Below, piece by piece: positions 8,005 to 16,600 of a DNA stretch of 64,000 bases (position 1 is the first letter of the stretch; the number at the start of each line of letters is the position of its first letter). Under the pieces are notes generated by a model, which saw nothing but the letters and a program-made list of their open reading frames with translations, searched no databases and had not been told where the DNA came from. A program made the position numbers and the translations under genes. The stretch lies in sequence record NC_041878.1. One strand, written 5' to 3'.

Positions 8005-8136
8005 ATGATTCTTTTAAGTAAGATTTGGTCTATTCTAAAATCATTTTGGGCGGCTCTATGTGAAGAACCAGCCAACAATGTTTTAGGACAGGATCTTCCA
8101 CCAGATGAACCTTCAGACGAAGACCAATCACATTAA
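8005..8136 (+). CDS. Small amphipathic protein (43 aa)
   Basis: AGGAG RBS; MILLSKIWSILKSFWAALC then acidic tail; terminator follows. Confidence 0.6.
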   Translation: MILLSKIWSILKSFWAALCEEPANNVLGQDLPPDEPSDEDQSH

Positions 8137-8190
8137 TAAAAGGGAGCGGATTGCTCCCTGTTTTATAATGCATAAGGAAATGGATAAGAA

Positions 8191-8814
8191 GTGAGTGATT
8201 TAATAAACAGACACAATATTGTTGACCGATTTTTTAACAGTACTTCATTATTATCATTAAGTAAAGAAAGTACTGAAGATGTTATGATTTTCGAAGTACC
8301 TGAGTTTTTAGAAATACGAAGATACCCTAAAGAAAACCGATATGTATTTTCCATGTTAATTAAAGGTACATTTGAAGAAGAAGAATATGATCATAACTAT
8401 AGCCATTTTAATCCAGCTTCAAGGGGTAGGATAATGGTTAAGAAAACTCGTTCTAACTTAGTTGAAGTAATGCGTTATACTGATGGTAATTTTAAAATGG
8501 TCAGTACTTCATCTGATAGTAAATGGATCGAGTTTGCTCGAAGGGCTATAATGGTTCCTGGCGGTGGCCGTCAAGTAAAAGAAGAATTAGTCAGTACTTT
8601 AGATATGGAATATACTAAGCTTCCATTAACTGAAGAATATCATTTTCAAAGGATGACAACCAATGAAGGTTTAATTCTGGAGTTAGAGTACTGTTTGAAA
8701 GTACAACAAATTATTGAATTCATTGATAGCATTGGTAGTATTATTGCTGTTGATTCAAATAACAATTTAACAATACCTCTATTGTTCACGGAAAGATTAA
8801 GCGGGGATGCCTGA
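8191..8814 (+). CDS. Hypothetical protein
   Basis: 207-aa ORF, GTG start; 3' end overlaps tRNA-Cys. Confidence 0.7.
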   Translation: MSDLINRHNIVDRFFNSTSLLSLSKESTEDVMIFEVPEFLEIRRYPKENRYVFSMLIKGTFEEEEYDHNYSHFNPASRGRIMVKKTRSNLVEVMRYTDGNFKMVSTSSDSKWIEFARRAIMVPGGGRQVKEELVSTLDMEYTKLPLTEEYHFQRMTTNEGLILELEYCLKVQQIIEFIDSIGSIIAVDSNNNLTIPLLFTERLSGDA

Positions 8815-8878
8815 GTTGGCTTAAAGGAGCGGATTGCAAATCCGATGTTCGTGGGTTCGAATCCCACTCCCTGCTCCA
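8801..8878 (+). tRNA. trnC: tRNA-Cys(GCA)
   Basis: GCGGGGA/TCCCTGC acceptor, CGGA-TTGCAAA-TCCG anticodon arm, TTCGAAT, ends TCCA. Confidence 0.93.
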
Positions 8879-8891
8879 ATTTTGATAAGGA

Positions 8892-9257
8892 ATGTATATG
8901 CACCATTTTAATAGTTTAAAAGAAATTGCTCAGTTCTTTGATAAGAACTACTATCACTTTCTCAGATATGAAGATCACACCATTGAGTATAACGGTATTA
9001 CATACCTAATGGAACTTGATGAAGACGCACCAGTACCGCTAGTTAAGATTGGGTACTTTGATGATGAAGGTGATTTGAATCTTCTTCTATGTGTTGTGGA
9101 CTTCGGTTTACTAATCAACACGGATATTACCGATGATGAGCGTCCAGACATTTACGAGTACTGTACTATTATTCGTGATGAATTGTTTGATTTAAATCTT
9201 TACGATCTTGCTCGCTTCAACTTTGTTTTGGAACGTGCAAAAAAAGATATGGGTTAA
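8892..9257 (+). CDS. Hypothetical protein
   Basis: 121-aa ORF with AAGGA RBS. Confidence 0.7.
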   Translation: MYMHHFNSLKEIAQFFDKNYYHFLRYEDHTIEYNGITYLMELDEDAPVPLVKIGYFDDEGDLNLLLCVVDFGLLINTDITDDERPDIYEYCTIIRDELFDLNLYDLARFNFVLERAKKDMG

Positions 9258-9368
9258 ACTGGTGTGGTTTTATACAGTGCTTAAAGTACTGAAATAAAAC
9301 CACAAAACACCTTGACAGTGGCATCCTCTCATGGCAAAATATACGCATGTTGAATGAGAGGACGAGCT

Positions 9369-9557
9369 ATGATGATTACTCAGGAACGATTAAACGAGAT
9401 TGAGCAAGAACTCTTGAAAATTCAGCTTGAACTGAATGAGGCGATTGTAACTGACAACAATTCGAAACAGTTTGGTATTACTTTGTTTCAACGTGATTCA
9501 GTCAATAGTATTAGTCGTGCTCGTCAACACATTGGTAAGCTCTCAGAATTGTTGTGA
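9369..9557 (+). CDS. Small coiled-coil protein, paralog of 9565..9762
   Basis: ITQERLNEIEQELLKIQLEL. Confidence 0.65.
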   Translation: MMITQERLNEIEQELLKIQLELNEAIVTDNNSKQFGITLFQRDSVNSISRARQHIGKLSELL

Positions 9558-9564
9558 GGATTAT

Positions 9565-9762
9565 ATGTCAAAAATAACACCGGAACGGTTGAATGAACTC
9601 GAACAGCAGTTGATGCAAATTCAACATGAATTGCAAACCGTTGTTAGCCCTGTCAATTCAGATAATAATGTATTACTGAAGTACGCACAGGATCAGGCTG
9701 TTGGTCATGCACATAATACTCGTGTATGGGTAGAAGTACTGAAAGGTTATTTGGTCAGTTAG
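9565..9762 (+). CDS. Small coiled-coil protein, paralog of 9369..9557
   Basis: GAGGA RBS; ITPERLNELEQQLMQIQHEL. Confidence 0.65.
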   Translation: MSKITPERLNELEQQLMQIQHELQTVVSPVNSDNNVLLKYAQDQAVGHAHNTRVWVEVLKGYLVS

Positions 9763-9828
9763 TTCAGTTGGTAGAACGCTGCACTCATAATGCAGAAGTC
9801 ACTGGATCGTAGCCAGTACTGACCACCA
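9753..9828 (+). tRNA. tRNA with CAT anticodon (elongator Met or Ile2), atypical T loop
   Basis: GGTCAGT/ACTGACC acceptor, CTGCA-CTCATAA-TGCAG anticodon arm, ACTGG-ATCGTAG-CCAGT T arm, ACCA. Confidence 0.85.
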
Positions 9829-9846
9829 ATTTGACGGAGTGATTAT

Positions 9847-10068
9847 ATGTTTAAAAGTTTATTTTGCAAACATCAATATCATATCAATCTAATTTCTGTT
9901 AAAAACCACAAAAGTGCTTTTGATGCAGACATTAAGTACAAGATAACGTACAATGCAATATGCACTATATGCAACAAAGTAAAAATCAATTCATTTAATA
10001 TCAAAAGTGATGAAGAATTGGTCAACTGTGCTCAATTATCTGACGAACATTTACACGGAGTTAATTAA
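9847..10068 (+). CDS. Small Cys/His protein (LFCKH...CxxC)
   Basis: 73 aa; same pattern as 3271..3441. Confidence 0.65.
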   Translation: MFKSLFCKHQYHINLISVKNHKSAFDADIKYKITYNAICTICNKVKINSFNIKSDEELVNCAQLSDEHLHGVN

Positions 10069-10263
10069 ATGTCTGTATTCTTAGCAATACTGTTCATGAT
10101 TATCTGTTGGGTAATTGGTTTACTTGTTTTTGCCAACTTTGGTATTGCTGCACCGCAGTACGGTTCGGATAAGTTTAAACGCAATTATTACATAAAGTTT
10201 GTTTTGGGTTTGGTAGTACTGTTTATCGGGCTTCCTGGTCTTGGGTTTTATATTGCCCTGTAA
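10069..10263 (+). CDS. Small two-TM membrane protein
   Basis: Two hydrophobic segments, 64 aa. Confidence 0.65.
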   Translation: MSVFLAILFMIICWVIGLLVFANFGIAAPQYGSDKFKRNYYIKFVLGLVVLFIGLPGLGFYIAL

Positions 10264-10288
10264 TTAAATTAAAAAATATAAAAATAAA

Positions 10289-10317
10289 TGAAACGATAGA
10301 AAAAAATGTGGTATAAT
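10289..10317 (+). promoter_or_regulatory. TGAAAC-N17-TATAAT promoter (stable-RNA class)
   Basis: TGAAAC 10289-94, spacer ending TGG, TATAAT 10312-17, upstream of tRNA-Met. Confidence 0.7.
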
Positions 10318-10333
10318 AATCACATAAAGGAAA

Positions 10334-10411
10334 TGCGGAGTAGAGCAGTCTGGTTAGCTTGCAAGGCTCATAACCTTGAGGTCGGTGGTTCAAATCCATC
10401 CTCCGCATCCA
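10334..10411 (+). tRNA. trnM: tRNA-Met(CAT), initiator-like sequence
   Basis: TGCGGAG/CTCCGCA acceptor, D arm resembling tRNA-fMet, CAAGG-CTCATAA-CCTTG anticodon arm, ends TCCA. Confidence 0.9.
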
Positions 10412-10477
10412 ATTATTGAGAATCAAGTAGTAGCAATCGACCACTGTATTAACGCAACTCGATGCTTGATTCGATTA

Positions 10478-10550
10478 GGGGCTATAGCTCAGTTGGGAGA
10501 GCGTCTGCCTTGCACGTAGAAGGTCAACGGTTCGAACCCGTTTAGCTCCA
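10478..10550 (+). tRNA. trnA: tRNA-Ala(TGC), CCA not encoded
   Basis: GGGGCTA/TAGCTCC acceptor with G3:U70, TCTGC-CTTGCAC-GTAGA anticodon arm. Confidence 0.95.
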
Positions 10551-10561
10551 CAAAGTACTAT

Positions 10562-10683
10562 ATACTTATCGTCTAAAGTTTAACTTGCATAACAGACAGC
10601 ACTTGTTGTAATAGTTGAATAGGATACTGATTCGCTCGCAGGAGGTTTCGGGGATACAAGTGAAAGTCTTGTTGAGTATACCA
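10562..10683 (+). ncRNA. tRNA-like 122-nt RNA ending in CCA
   Basis: ATACTTA/TGAGTAT 7-bp acceptor-like stem + A + CCA; stacked ACAAG-TGAAAGT-CTTGT arm; GTCT/AGAC D-like stem. Confidence 0.55.
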
Positions 10684-10744
10684 ATTTTAAGTAACACAAA
10701 AGTAAGTAACTAAGAAACTCAATCAAAAACCAATGAGGTATATC

Positions 10745-11431
10745 ATGCAAGTAGAATTTAAAAACGCACTTTTCGGTCTGGAAGATTACGATTTCGCAGT
10801 AGTATCTGGTGACACTCTTATCATCGCACTGAAAACTCGCGAAATTCATCTGGAATTCGAATCTGAAGAAGAAGCATTTGATGCTAAATCAGAACTCGCA
10901 GTTGTAATTGAAGCTGCAAAAGCCGATTCCATTTCGATCACTGATGTACTGGAAGAAGCAGCAAGCGTAGTAACTGGTCTGTTCGGTGGTCTGGTTAGCT
11001 CTGTAAAAGCTAAAGCTACTAAAGCATCTTCTACTGTAGAAGCTCGTGCTGCTAAAGTTGTTGCGGATCTGGAAGAAGTACTGGATACCGTTGCACGTTC
11101 TAAAGCTGAACCACGCAATACCGCTAAAGATTCTGCTGATGCAGAAAGCGTATTCGGTACTACTCGCACTGCACGTAACTCTGCTGCTGATACTGTAGTA
11201 TCTGAACTGTCTGATAATGCACTTCGTGTTGCAATTTCTGACAAAGCTGATCATCTGGTAGAAAACGATACTCGCGTTAAAGCACTTGTTGCACAGCTTC
11301 GCACTTTCCACAGCGATGAAGAAGTTGATGACGTGATTCAGCAACATAAAGACCAGATCTTCCGTATTGCTCGTGCAAACGACCATCTGACTGTTAACGA
11401 AGTCTTTGTTGAACTGCTTCGCGGTCTGTAA
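10745..11431 (+). CDS. Ala-rich, probably abundant hypothetical protein
   Basis: GAGGT RBS; codon usage typical of highly expressed enterobacterial genes; terminator AAGGCAGCC/GGCTGCCTT follows. Confidence 0.8.
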   Translation: MQVEFKNALFGLEDYDFAVVSGDTLIIALKTREIHLEFESEEEAFDAKSELAVVIEAAKADSISITDVLEEAASVVTGLFGGLVSSVKAKATKASSTVEARAAKVVADLEEVLDTVARSKAEPRNTAKDSADAESVFGTTRTARNSAADTVVSELSDNALRVAISDKADHLVENDTRVKALVAQLRTFHSDEEVDDVIQQHKDQIFRIARANDHLTVNEVFVELLRGL

Positions 11432-11486
11432 TCTGAATTAAAAATACAAGGCAGCCATTGGCTGCCTTTTTTCGTTTAAGGACTAT

Positions 11487-12026
11487 ATGAAAATAACAGA
11501 ACAATATAGAAGTGTTGGTGTACAAGAGTACTATCAAAATGAAGAAACACAACGCACATATGAAAACCCACACGCTGAATTCGTAACCAAAAGCTTCCTG
11601 ACAGCCTTTCATGAGTACTTTACCGAAGATGCTACAGTACTTGATCTATGCTCCGGTAATGGCATTATAAGCTCTGTACTGAAGTCCTGTGGAGTACAGA
11701 ATATAGAGGGTGCAGACAAATATATGTATGAACGGTACACAGAAGAAACTGGTTTCGTTTGTCATCCATATTCGTTTGAAGATATAGCAGATTTCAATGT
11801 GCAATTCGAGAAGTATTATGATGTTATAGTATGTAGTTATGCATTTGATATTGTACCTGATTCATACAGGAATAAACTTCTGTACGCATTAAGTACTTAT
11901 GCTGATGCATTGATCCTGATTAGGCCGAACTCACATATTCTAGAATCCGATATGTGGGAATTAAATTTTCGTACAAAAGTACATAAAAGCACTACCACTG
12001 TATACAAGAAAAAAAGGCACTCATAA
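11487..12026 (+). CDS. Class I SAM-dependent methyltransferase, substrate unknown
   Basis: VLDLCSGNG motif I; YDVIVCSY motif IV-like; no DPPY/NPPY/PC DNA-MTase motif seen. Confidence 0.75.
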   Translation: MKITEQYRSVGVQEYYQNEETQRTYENPHAEFVTKSFLTAFHEYFTEDATVLDLCSGNGIISSVLKSCGVQNIEGADKYMYERYTEETGFVCHPYSFEDIADFNVQFEKYYDVIVCSYAFDIVPDSYRNKLLYALSTYADALILIRPNSHILESDMWELNFRTKVHKSTTTVYKKKRHS

Positions 12027-12040
12027 AGAGTGCCTTTTGT
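12012..12040. terminator. Bidirectional intrinsic terminator
   Basis: AAAAGGCACTC-ATAAA-GAGTGCCTTTT between convergent genes. Confidence 0.8.
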
Positions 12041-12041
12041 T

Positions 12042-13175
12042 TTACGCTTTACCTGCAATTACAACTTTACCAGTAAAGTTATCATTACTGATTAGAGTTA
12101 TATTGTCAGAATCATCAATTTCAATGGTAATAGCAACAAGTTTAGTTCCATCATACACAGACAAAGACGGTGTTGGTTTGTTGTGAGTACTGAACGGTAT
12201 TACCATTTCATATTCACTTCCATTTGCAACCCATACTAATGAAGTACTGTAAACTGTAGTTTGGTCAGTTGGTCCAATAATTACAACGTCTAAATCTTGT
12301 GCAACATCCTGTGTAATTGTAACGTTACCATTTGCATCCACTGATACATCTGGATTATAAATTACACCATTAGGACTTTGAATTTGAAGTACTAAGTCAG
12401 TACCACGATTATGTTCACTTTCATTCAATACATAACTGAATGTACCATCTCCATTATCAACAAACTGACTTGCTGCTACTGGAACATGTGTTGTGAAATC
12501 TGAATCTGCACCACTAGGTAATACTTCAAATGGAACAGTTGCAGTATTATAATGTGGTGAAGTAACCGTAATCGTACCCATTCCTGGAGAAACGAACTGA
12601 ACATTATCAAATGTAAAGACACGATTATGTACTGTAGTAGTATACTCAACTCCTTCTGGAGTAGTTAATGTCACAATCATACCATCTTCATTTAGAGTTC
12701 CACTTGCAGCACTTATTGAACCAGTAACAGTTGTACTGTCAACGGTTACGGTATTAACTACAATAGAACCTAAGTCTGGAGTTGGAATACTACATTCAGG
12801 TGTGTACATATCGAATAGATATATACCATTACTTAATACAACTTTATTATACAAGAAACGGATTACAAATCCGTACTGAGACATAGAATCATTATAACCA
12901 CGAACAAAGAATGAGTTTACTGGAATAAGATCCAGCAACTGATCATCTGTTAAACTATAGTCAAGAACTCTATTATTTGTGTTATAACCAGTTAATTGTA
13001 CTTTTTGATACACCACTTCTGATACTGGATCAATCAAATCAAATACATTAATAGAACGTTGCTTGTAAATCCTTACATTTTTCAGCTTAGTTCCATTTTT
13101 AAGTAATGCACCATCAACAATAAATCCACATATACCATATGGGTAATCATTTATACCAGCGATAGGTTTAGCCAT
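12042..13175 (-). CDS. Putative virion protein with beta-sandwich/Ig-like repeats
   Basis: 377 aa, Thr/Val/Asn-rich beta pattern with repeated C-terminal modules; TAAATA late core at 13201-06 (minus). Confidence 0.6.
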   Translation of the reverse strand: MAKPIAGINDYPYGICGFIVDGALLKNGTKLKNVRIYKQRSINVFDLIDPVSEVVYQKVQLTGYNTNNRVLDYSLTDDQLLDLIPVNSFFVRGYNDSMSQYGFVIRFLYNKVVLSNGIYLFDMYTPECSIPTPDLGSIVVNTVTVDSTTVTGSISAASGTLNEDGMIVTLTTPEGVEYTTTVHNRVFTFDNVQFVSPGMGTITVTSPHYNTATVPFEVLPSGADSDFTTHVPVAASQFVDNGDGTFSYVLNESEHNRGTDLVLQIQSPNGVIYNPDVSVDANGNVTITQDVAQDLDVVIIGPTDQTTVYSTSLVWVANGSEYEMVIPFSTHNKPTPSLSVYDGTKLVAITIEIDDSDNITLISNDNFTGKVVIAGKA

Positions 13176-13293
13176 ATATCACTCCCTAGTTATTATAAAG
13201 TATTTATTTTATATGACCTGTTTTTCTTGACATTTTCACCCCCTTCTAGTACTATAAAAACCAAAGAAAACATGTATTAACGACAGATTTTGC

Positions 13294-13322
13294 TTGACAA
13301 GACGGCATTTTTTGTTTATAAT
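13294..13322 (+). promoter_or_regulatory. Consensus sigma70 promoter
   Basis: TTGACA-N17-TATAAT. Confidence 0.85.
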
Positions 13323-13349
13323 ATATGGACATTAATTGAGGTAACATTT

Positions 13350-13925
13350 ATGACACGTTTGATTATTCGTGAAAACAAAATGAAGATTCGTTTGCACCAG
13401 GATGAAGCAGAATCTTTCATGGCAAAGGCAGCAGCAAAAGCTGACAAGTACAATAAACTTGCACCAGCAGGAAAGTCGCCATACGGCTTTAACCACGCAC
13501 ATTCACACTTAGTTGGAATGGCAGCAGAACATGCTTCGTGGATTCTGTTCAATGAGGTTGAGGCTCTGGCGGGTATTAACCTAAACATCGATCCTGCGTT
13601 TCAGGATGACCGCCGTGAAGGTGAATGCGACATTTACGTAGCAGGTAAACGCATTGAAGTAAAGGGTATTAAGTACGGTTCTTGGTTACGTTTCGGTCCA
13701 TGTATCAGTGCACGTCAGTTACCTAAAATTCAAAAGAAAGCTGACATTGTTCTTTGGGCGTTGTATAATGAACGTTGTCAGGAATTCACTTTCGAGGGTT
13801 TCAACTACGTTGATGAGATTGCAACCTTAGAAACTGTTATGACAGGTGCAGAAGGTCGTCCACTGATAGAAAACTATCCAGTACTACCTATCATCAAACC
13901 AATGCAATCGCTTAGTTTACATTAA
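13350..13925 (+). CDS. PD-(D/E)XK (restriction-endonuclease-fold) nuclease-like protein
   Basis: GMAAE helix, ECDI...IEVKG catalytic pattern; ATG 13350 after GAGGT. Confidence 0.55.
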   Translation: MTRLIIRENKMKIRLHQDEAESFMAKAAAKADKYNKLAPAGKSPYGFNHAHSHLVGMAAEHASWILFNEVEALAGINLNIDPAFQDDRREGECDIYVAGKRIEVKGIKYGSWLRFGPCISARQLPKIQKKADIVLWALYNERCQEFTFEGFNYVDEIATLETVMTGAEGRPLIENYPVLPIIKPMQSLSLH

Positions 13926-13936
13926 GAGGTCTTAAA

Positions 13937-14242
13937 ATGAAAGTGTTCGGTATTTTGTTTCTCGCGGTAGTAGCGTATATTGCTTTTATTCGTTTCGCAG
14001 ATGCAAGTACTTTACCAACAAACAAATATGCTTTTTGTTCAGGTTACGCAAGTAAAATGCACGAAGTATATCGTTTGAAACATTACCAAAAAATGCAAGA
14101 ATTTTTCGAAGCACTCATTGGTAACAAAACAGATGAATTTACATCAGAGTACTATCAGTCAGGTTCAGAAGTAGTTAAAACTGGTCTTTCCATTAAACTG
14201 AACGTCAATGATAAGTGCGAGGTGCTTTTCCATAAAGGGTAA
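13937..14242 (+). CDS. Secreted/periplasmic hypothetical protein
   Basis: Signal peptide ending ADA; two Cys. Confidence 0.65.
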   Translation: MKVFGILFLAVVAYIAFIRFADASTLPTNKYAFCSGYASKMHEVYRLKHYQKMQEFFEALIGNKTDEFTSEYYQSGSEVVKTGLSIKLNVNDKCEVLFHKG

Positions 14243-14245
14243 CAC

Positions 14246-14728
14246 ATGACAGAAGGTATTATATTTTTCTTTGCGTTTCAGGTTTTATTTGCAATTGCCA
14301 GTGGTGGCCTTGCACCTCGAATCATGTACGCATTGACAGTAAGTAATGGGTTCTGGAACTTCTTACAGAACTATGCTTTATCTTATCAGGTATCATACGA
14401 TCAGATACATAGTACTGAGAAGTTTCTACCTGAAGTTAATTCTAAGTTAGAGAAACTTTTAACTTTAGCATTAATTAATGAAGCAGGTGTCGGTATAAGT
14501 ACTGACTATCGCCGTGATAATGGTATAATACTTCGCATTGAAAAACCACATACGTTCACTGGTTCTGGATATGGCAATACCGTCCATTTTTATATGGACA
14601 ATGGTATGATTGATGAAGAAAAATATGCACTATCACCAACTGTTTTTATTCTTGCACAAAAAGTGTACAAGCGTGTACTTGCCGCTAAAGAGCAGGAAAA
14701 AATTGAAAAGAAACGAAGTAAAATCTAA
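14246..14728 (+). CDS. Membrane-anchored hypothetical protein
   Basis: N-terminal hydrophobic segment, 160 aa. Confidence 0.7.
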   Translation: MTEGIIFFFAFQVLFAIASGGLAPRIMYALTVSNGFWNFLQNYALSYQVSYDQIHSTEKFLPEVNSKLEKLLTLALINEAGVGISTDYRRDNGIILRIEKPHTFTGSGYGNTVHFYMDNGMIDEEKYALSPTVFILAQKVYKRVLAAKEQEKIEKKRSKI

Positions 14729-14787
14729 TTGACTTCAGTTTTAAATTAAGTATAATATTTTAAAATCAAATTGTGCGAGGATTTAAT

Positions 14788-15309
14788 ATGTCATCTGTAC
14801 TAGCAACTAAAATCACCAAAGGTATGATCAATCGTGCTGGTTATATTCCGATTGAAACAACGATGGATAATGGTGGTTTTCTCAGCATCATGGATGATGA
14901 CTTTATGTATTATACTTTCAAAGATTGTTTGAAGGTTGACCGTACCGATTTCCACAAATGGGTATGTTATTGGGATTCTTACCCATTTGCAATTGTCTGT
15001 GATGTTAAAGCTGACAAACTCGCAAACGGATATACCAAAGTTGCCATTCTCAATAAACAAATTGTTCCGGTTTCTGAAGTTGGTGAATTCCCTTCTAAAC
15101 GTAATATTTGTTTTGGTTCGATGATAAAAGGCAAATTCGTAACCAACAAAGGTGTTGAGCAGTACGTTACTGACAACTTCGGCAATGTTCAGGTTAGCAC
15201 ACGCACCAATGTAAGTACTGGTAAAAAAGAAAAAACTGTACTTTCAAATGATGAAATCAAAAATCTAAAAGAAGAAATGCAACGCAATTGGGGTTGTACT
15301 CTAAAATAA
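14788..15309 (+). CDS. Hypothetical protein
   Basis: Own promoter (TTGACT...TATAAT near 14729-57), GAGGA RBS. Confidence 0.7.
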   Translation: MSSVLATKITKGMINRAGYIPIETTMDNGGFLSIMDDDFMYYTFKDCLKVDRTDFHKWVCYWDSYPFAIVCDVKADKLANGYTKVAILNKQIVPVSEVGEFPSKRNICFGSMIKGKFVTNKGVEQYVTDNFGNVQVSTRTNVSTGKKEKTVLSNDEIKNLKEEMQRNWGCTLK

Positions 15310-15353
15310 TAAATTCGGGGATTAACTATCCCCGAAACTTTTAATGGTGAAAT

Positions 15354-15824
15354 ATGAAACGTTCAACTTTTCTTGGTATTACCTTAGCATTAATTGCAGT
15401 TGAAATTGCATATACTACTGCAAGCCTGAATGAAACATATCAATTCATGAATGGTGTACTACAAAATAAGTACTACGCTCTGTTTGCAATTTCATATATC
15501 GGGTTCGTATTATTCTCAGGATGGTTCTTTACTTTTTCAGTACCAACACTTGAGTATAAACGCCAAGTACATGGGTACTTTGAAGAAGTATTCGGACAAG
15601 AGAAATATAGTTTCCTGTATACTTATCACTTCCTTGCATTCGCGGTAGCAACATTTTATCTCAGTGCCTGGCCGTACTTTATTATGAGTACTGTTATGTG
15701 GCTATTCTGGACATGGGTACGTTCTAAGCAGAATGAATATGCGGAAGAATACGAACTCGAACGTAAGAAGGAAGAAGCTAAACATAAACCAACTGTAGTA
15801 CTTGATCGTACTGATTTACTATAA
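15354..15824 (+). CDS. Multi-pass membrane protein
   Basis: About 4 hydrophobic segments. Confidence 0.7.
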   Translation: MKRSTFLGITLALIAVEIAYTTASLNETYQFMNGVLQNKYYALFAISYIGFVLFSGWFFTFSVPTLEYKRQVHGYFEEVFGQEKYSFLYTYHFLAFAVATFYLSAWPYFIMSTVMWLFWTWVRSKQNEYAEEYELERKKEEAKHKPTVVLDRTDLL

Positions 15825-15833
15825 GAGGGAACT

Positions 15834-16283
15834 ATGTATTCACAAATGTTAACTAAGTTCTTGTTTGGATTCTTTGCTCTGTACCTTATTGCATTGTACG
15901 GTTCAGTAGCAATAACTTACAAAAGCTTACCACTAATCATTGCTTCACAATGGTATACTTTAGCATCAGTCATTGTAGTACTTACCGCATTCTGTGCGTT
16001 ATGTGCAACAGTTTTAAATGTAGGAATTATTTTTGAAGTTGATAATGATTGTAAACGCTTTAAGCTCAAGATATATGAAATACTGAACGATAAAGTTATT
16101 AGTCCTGTATGGCATTGGATACTTGCAATCAGTATGATTGGTTTATTCCAAATTGGTCATTACGGTGATTCATTAGTAACGCTTTGTTTATTTTCATGTA
16201 TTCTAACTTTCCGTATCGCACATCAAAGTGTTGTGCGAAAAGCGAAAATACAAGTACTGAACGCAGCTATAACTAAAAAATAA
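15834..16283 (+). CDS. Multi-pass membrane protein
   Basis: About 4 hydrophobic segments; GAGG RBS. Confidence 0.7.
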   Translation: MYSQMLTKFLFGFFALYLIALYGSVAITYKSLPLIIASQWYTLASVIVVLTAFCALCATVLNVGIIFEVDNDCKRFKLKIYEILNDKVISPVWHWILAISMIGLFQIGHYGDSLVTLCLFSCILTFRIAHQSVVRKAKIQVLNAAITKK

Positions 16284-16354
16284 ATCAAATACCAGTTGAC
16301 TCAACGTGGGTTAACTGGTATACTTTTCAGTATATTAAGTGATGGAGAAATAAA

Positions 16355-16600
16355 ATGAACCAGCAAGAAATTGTACAAAGCGTCAAGGAAAAAGAAGTAC
16401 TGATCAACGATCATCATGTTCGCATCAAAGCGTTGTATGAAGAAATCAATACTGGTCTTCAGCAATCCGGTGGTGTACGTACTTCAGAAGTAGATGAGAA
16501 GTATAAAAAGATCGATGCTGCCTTTGGTGCTAAATCAAAACTCGAAGGTGAAGTTCGTAATCTGAAAAAGCAATTGCTAGAGATGGTACTGAGTGAATAA
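16355..16600 (+). CDS. Small coiled-coil protein
   Basis: 81 aa, GGAG RBS, own promoter. Confidence 0.7.
   Translation: MNQQEIVQSVKEKEVLINDHHVRIKALYEEINTGLQQSGGVRTSEVDEKYKKIDAAFGAKSKLEGEVRNLKKQLLEMVLSE

Noticed and set aside
10846-11386. Minus-strand ORFs of 132 and 165 aa
   Set aside because: Shadows of the Ala-rich 10745..11431 gene.
11487-12026. DNA methyltransferase responsible for marking AGTACT
   Set aside because: No (D/N/S)PP(Y/F) or PC catalytic motif and no room for a target-recognition domain.
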